From an uncultured Muribaculaceae bacterium (lineage in GTDB: Bacteria; Bacillota_I; Bacilli_A; RF39; UBA660), in NCBI GenBank assembly GCA_964438315.1, contig CAYTKH010000003.1:1-38095 (forward strand): a DNA stretch of 38,095 nt. Direction: 5' to 3'. Every line of letters starts with the position of its first letter. The stretch's first letter is position 1. The translations under genes were made by a program, and so were the position numbers. Below the pieces are notes generated by a model that was given only the letters and a program-made list of their open reading frames with translations, was not told where the DNA came from and did no database searches. Shown here one piece after another: positions 35,091 to 38,095 of the stretch.

Positions 35091-37907
35091 ATGTATAATC
35101 ATGAGGAAATAGAAAAAAAATGGAGAAAATATTGGGAGGAACATGAAACATTTAAAACTGATGTTTGGGATTTTTCAAAACCAAAATTTTATGCATTAGA
35201 TATGTTTCCATATCCATCAGGAGTTGGATTACACGCAGGACATCCAGAAGGATATACTGCTACCGATATCGTCTCTAGAATGAAAAGAATGCAAGGATAT
35301 AATGTATTACATCCAATGGGATTTGATTCATTTGGTTTACCAGCTGAACAGTATGCAATTAAAACGGGAAATCATCCTGCTGGATTTACAGAAAATAACA
35401 TAAAGGTATTTAGGGAACAACTAAAAACATTAGGTTTAACTTACGATTGGAGTAGAGAAGTATCAACTTGTGATCCTAGTTACTATAAGTGGACACAATG
35501 GATATTTAAAAGACTCTATGAGGCTGGTTACGCTAAATATGAAGATATGCCAGTCAATTGGTGTGAAGAATTAGGGACGGTTTTATCTAACGATGAAGTA
35601 ATAGATGGTAAAAGTGAACGTGGGGGATACCCTGTTATTAGAAAAAATATGAAACAATGGGTCATCGATATACCAGCTTATGCTGATAAATTACTTGATG
35701 GTCTAAATGAAATCGATTGGCCAGAATCAACTAAAGAAATCCAAAGAAATTGGATTGGTAAAAGTATAGGGGCTCACATTACATTTAAAGTTGATAATCT
35801 AGATGAAAGTTTTACTGTTTTTACAACTAGATGCGATACTCTTTTTGGTGCCACTTACTGCGTTTTAGCTCCAGAACATGAATTAGTAAAAAAGATAACA
35901 ACAATAGATAAGAAAAAAGAAGTTGAGGATTATATTAATTTATGTTCAACTAAATCAGATATTGAAAGAACAGAATTAAATAAAGAAAAAACAGGAGTAT
36001 TTACAGGTGCGTATGCCATCAATCCTGTAAATAATGATAAAATACCAATTTGGATATCTGATTATGTACTAGTTTCGTATGGTACAGGTGCTATTATGGC
36101 AGTACCAGCTCATGATACAAGAGATTACGAATTTGCATTAAAATTTGATATTCCTATTATTCAGGTATTGGAAGAAGAAACAGGCACTAAAGGTGAAAAT
36201 GAATCACATAAGGATAGTATTGTCGCTATTGTATATGATGAAGAAAATGATAAATATTTAACTATTAATTGGCTTGATAAAGGTGGCAGATTATTTATAG
36301 GTGGTACAAGACGTGATGGTGAATCAGCTTTAGATTGTGCTATTAGAGAGATAAAAGAAGAAACAGGTTACACAGATATAGAATTTAAATATGAGGGATT
36401 TTTAATAAATCATCATTACTATGCTTATAACAAGGATAAATACTTTAATATAGATTGTACACCACTTTTATTTAATTTAAAAAGTAATAAAAAAGAGGAA
36501 CAGAATTTAGATTCTGATGAAGAATTTAAAGTTGAGTGGGTCGATAGAAAAGTAGTAGAGGATGAGATAAAAGATGAATTACATAGAAAATCATTAGAAT
36601 ATGTAACCAATAAAACAGCGATGGTAGGAGACGGAATCCATATCAATTCAAGTTTCTTAGATACCTTAAATAAAGAAGATGCTATAAATAGGATGGTAAA
36701 ATGGCTAGAAGAAAATAAAGTTGGTAAAAAACAGATTAATTATCGTATTAGGGATTGGATATTTGCAAGGCAGAGATATTGGGGTGAACCTATTCCAATA
36801 GTTCATTTAGAAGATGGTAGTAATGTTACGTTAGAAGATAGTGAATTACCACTTGTATTACCAGAATTAGAAGATTACAGTCCATCTAAAACGGGAGCAT
36901 CACCATTAGAAAAAGCTACAGAATGGATAAATGTAACTATAGATTCTAAAAATGGAAAAAGGGAGACATCGACTATGCCCGGTTCAGCAGGATCATCATG
37001 GTATTTTTTAAGATACATAGATCCTCATAATGATAATGAAATAGCAAATAGAAAGCTACTAGAACATTGGATGCCAGTTGATTTATATGTTGGTGGACCA
37101 GAACATGCAGTAGGACATTTGCTATATTCTAGGATGTGGAATCATTTTTTATATGATAAAGGAATCGTACCTGTTAAGGAACCATTTAAAAAACTAGTTC
37201 ATCAAGGAATGATACTTGGATCTAATGGCATCAAAATGGGAAAAAGATATCCTGAATATGCTGTTAATCCAAACGATATTGTCAAAAAATATGGAGCTGA
37301 TACCTTAAGATTATATGAAATGTTCATGGGACCACTTGATGCAGATAAAGCTTGGAGTGATAGTGGTGTAGAAGGTGCAAGAAGATTCTTAGATCGTGTT
37401 TATAGATTATTTACTGAGGGTAAAATAGTTGATAAAGAAAATATAAATTTAGAAAAAGTTTATCATCAAACAGTTAAAAAAGTTACAGAAGATTATGAAA
37501 AAATGAGTTTTAATACAGCTATTAGTCAAATGATGATTTTTGTAAATTCATGTTATAAAGAAGAAATTTTACCTTTAGAATATGCTTTAGGTTTTCTAAA
37601 ATTATTAAATCCTGTAGCACCTTATATTACAGAAGAATTATGGAATATTCTAGGTCATAATGATACAATTGCAAATGAGACGTGGCCAGTTTATGATAGT
37701 TCAAAAATAGTTGAAGAAACATTTGAAATGGTTGTTCAAGTAAATGGAAAGGTAAGGGGTAAGATTACTGTTGCATGCGATACATCAAAGGAAGAAATGG
37801 AGAGAATCGCTAAAAATATAGAAAATGTAAAAACGTATATAGAAGGTAAGGAAATCGTAAAAATAGTCATCATACCTAAAAAGTTGGTCAATATTGTCAT
37901 AAAATAA
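35091..37907 (+). CDS. leuS: Leucyl-tRNA synthetase with inserted Nudix hydrolase domain
   Basis: [55 protein letters not shown]; Nudix box [24 protein letters not shown]. Confidence 0.97.
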   Translation: MYNHEEIEKKWRKYWEEHETFKTDVWDFSKPKFYALDMFPYPSGVGLHAGHPEGYTATDIVSRMKRMQGYNVLHPMGFDSFGLPAEQYAIKTGNHPAGFTENNIKVFREQLKTLGLTYDWSREVSTCDPSYYKWTQWIFKRLYEAGYAKYEDMPVNWCEELGTVLSNDEVIDGKSERGGYPVIRKNMKQWVIDIPAYADKLLDGLNEIDWPESTKEIQRNWIGKSIGAHITFKVDNLDESFTVFTTRCDTLFGATYCVLAPEHELVKKITTIDKKKEVEDYINLCSTKSDIERTELNKEKTGVFTGAYAINPVNNDKIPIWISDYVLVSYGTGAIMAVPAHDTRDYEFALKFDIPIIQVLEEETGTKGENESHKDSIVAIVYDEENDKYLTINWLDKGGRLFIGGTRRDGESALDCAIREIKEETGYTDIEFKYEGFLINHHYYAYNKDKYFNIDCTPLLFNLKSNKKEEQNLDSDEEFKVEWVDRKVVEDEIKDELHRKSLEYVTNKTAMVGDGIHINSSFLDTLNKEDAINRMVKWLEENKVGKKQINYRIRDWIFARQRYWGEPIPIVHLEDGSNVTLEDSELPLVLPELEDYSPSKTGASPLEKATEWINVTIDSKNGKRETSTMPGSAGSSWYFLRYIDPHNDNEIANRKLLEHWMPVDLYVGGPEHAVGHLLYSRMWNHFLYDKGIVPVKEPFKKLVHQGMILGSNGIKMGKRYPEYAVNPNDIVKKYGADTLRLYEMFMGPLDADKAWSDSGVEGARRFLDRVYRLFTEGKIVDKENINLEKVYHQTVKKVTEDYEKMSFNTAISQMMIFVNSCYKEEILPLEYALGFLKLLNPVAPYITEELWNILGHNDTIANETWPVYDSSKIVEETFEMVVQVNGKVRGKITVACDTSKEEMERIAKNIENVKTYIEGKEIVKIVIIPKKLVNIVIK

Positions 37908-37911
37908 TTTT

Positions 37912-37939
37912 AAAAAACTTCAAAAAATGAAGTTTTTTT
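37912..37939 (+). terminator. leuS terminator
   Basis: AAAAAACTTCA-aaaaa-TGAAGTTTTTT plus T. Confidence 0.75.
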
Positions 37940-38017
37940 CGTGCATACTAAAATACGACAAAATTCTAAAGTTACATCTGCTATAGTAGAAGATAATTCT
38001 ATTTAGGAGGTGAATAT

Positions 38018-38095
38018 ATGATAGAAGAAAAAGAAAAGTTTTATACATGTAAAAATGATAGAGTATTTAAAGAAATAATGTTAAAAAAAGAAAAT
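38018..38095 (+). CDS. Start of a probable Rpn / PD-(D/E)XK nuclease-family transposase-like gene (truncated by window)
   Basis: AGGAGGTG RBS; MIEEKEKFYTCKNDRVFKEIM has the NDxxFK N-terminal motif; only 26 codons visible. Confidence 0.45.
   Translation, partial: MIEEKEKFYTCKNDRVFKEIMLKKEN

Noticed and set aside
18602-36646. Minus-strand ORFs at 18602, 22031, 25626, 27530, 29908, 31046, 33614 and 36425
   Set aside because: Antisense shadows of supported plus-strand genes
37917-37930. ACTTCAAAAAATGA, matching part of the island's putative promoter
   Set aside because: It is the stem-loop of the leuS terminator and lacks the second conserved block; likely chance in AT-rich DNA

Overview
Very AT-rich chromosome segment of a Firmicutes/Bacilli-type bacterium (genetic code 11; streamlined gene order, possibly an uncultured RF39-like lineage, which is inference). 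Housekeeping flanks: 3' end of tuf, HD alarmone hydrolase, femAB-like gene, rpsB (with a C-terminal Rho_N domain) and tsf on the left; frr, nusB, xseAB, spoIVB, mraY, ftsA, ftsZ, a Leu T-box and leuS (with a Nudix insertion) on the right. Between tsf and frr, where pyrH usually sits, is a ~23 kb accessory region built from two related modules, each preceded by a copy of the tsf terminator. Both carry a ~360-nt conserved structured leader (hairpin, rrn-type boxA-like motif, multi-stem RNA) and a phage baseplate gp10-C/tail-needle-like gene. In module 1 the cargo is a 2034-aa Rhs toxin without a signal peptide, its immunity gene and a long array of orphan toxin stubs with immunity genes. Module 2 has an intact sigma-70 region-4 regulator upstream and two holin-like genes plus a GH25-LysM endolysin as cargo. 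No capsid, terminase or integrase is visible. The best candidate for a new system is a sigma/antitermination-controlled, holin-endolysin-released Rhs polymorphic toxin system with a phage fibre-tip partner. All calls come from motif recognition by eye; no searches were run.
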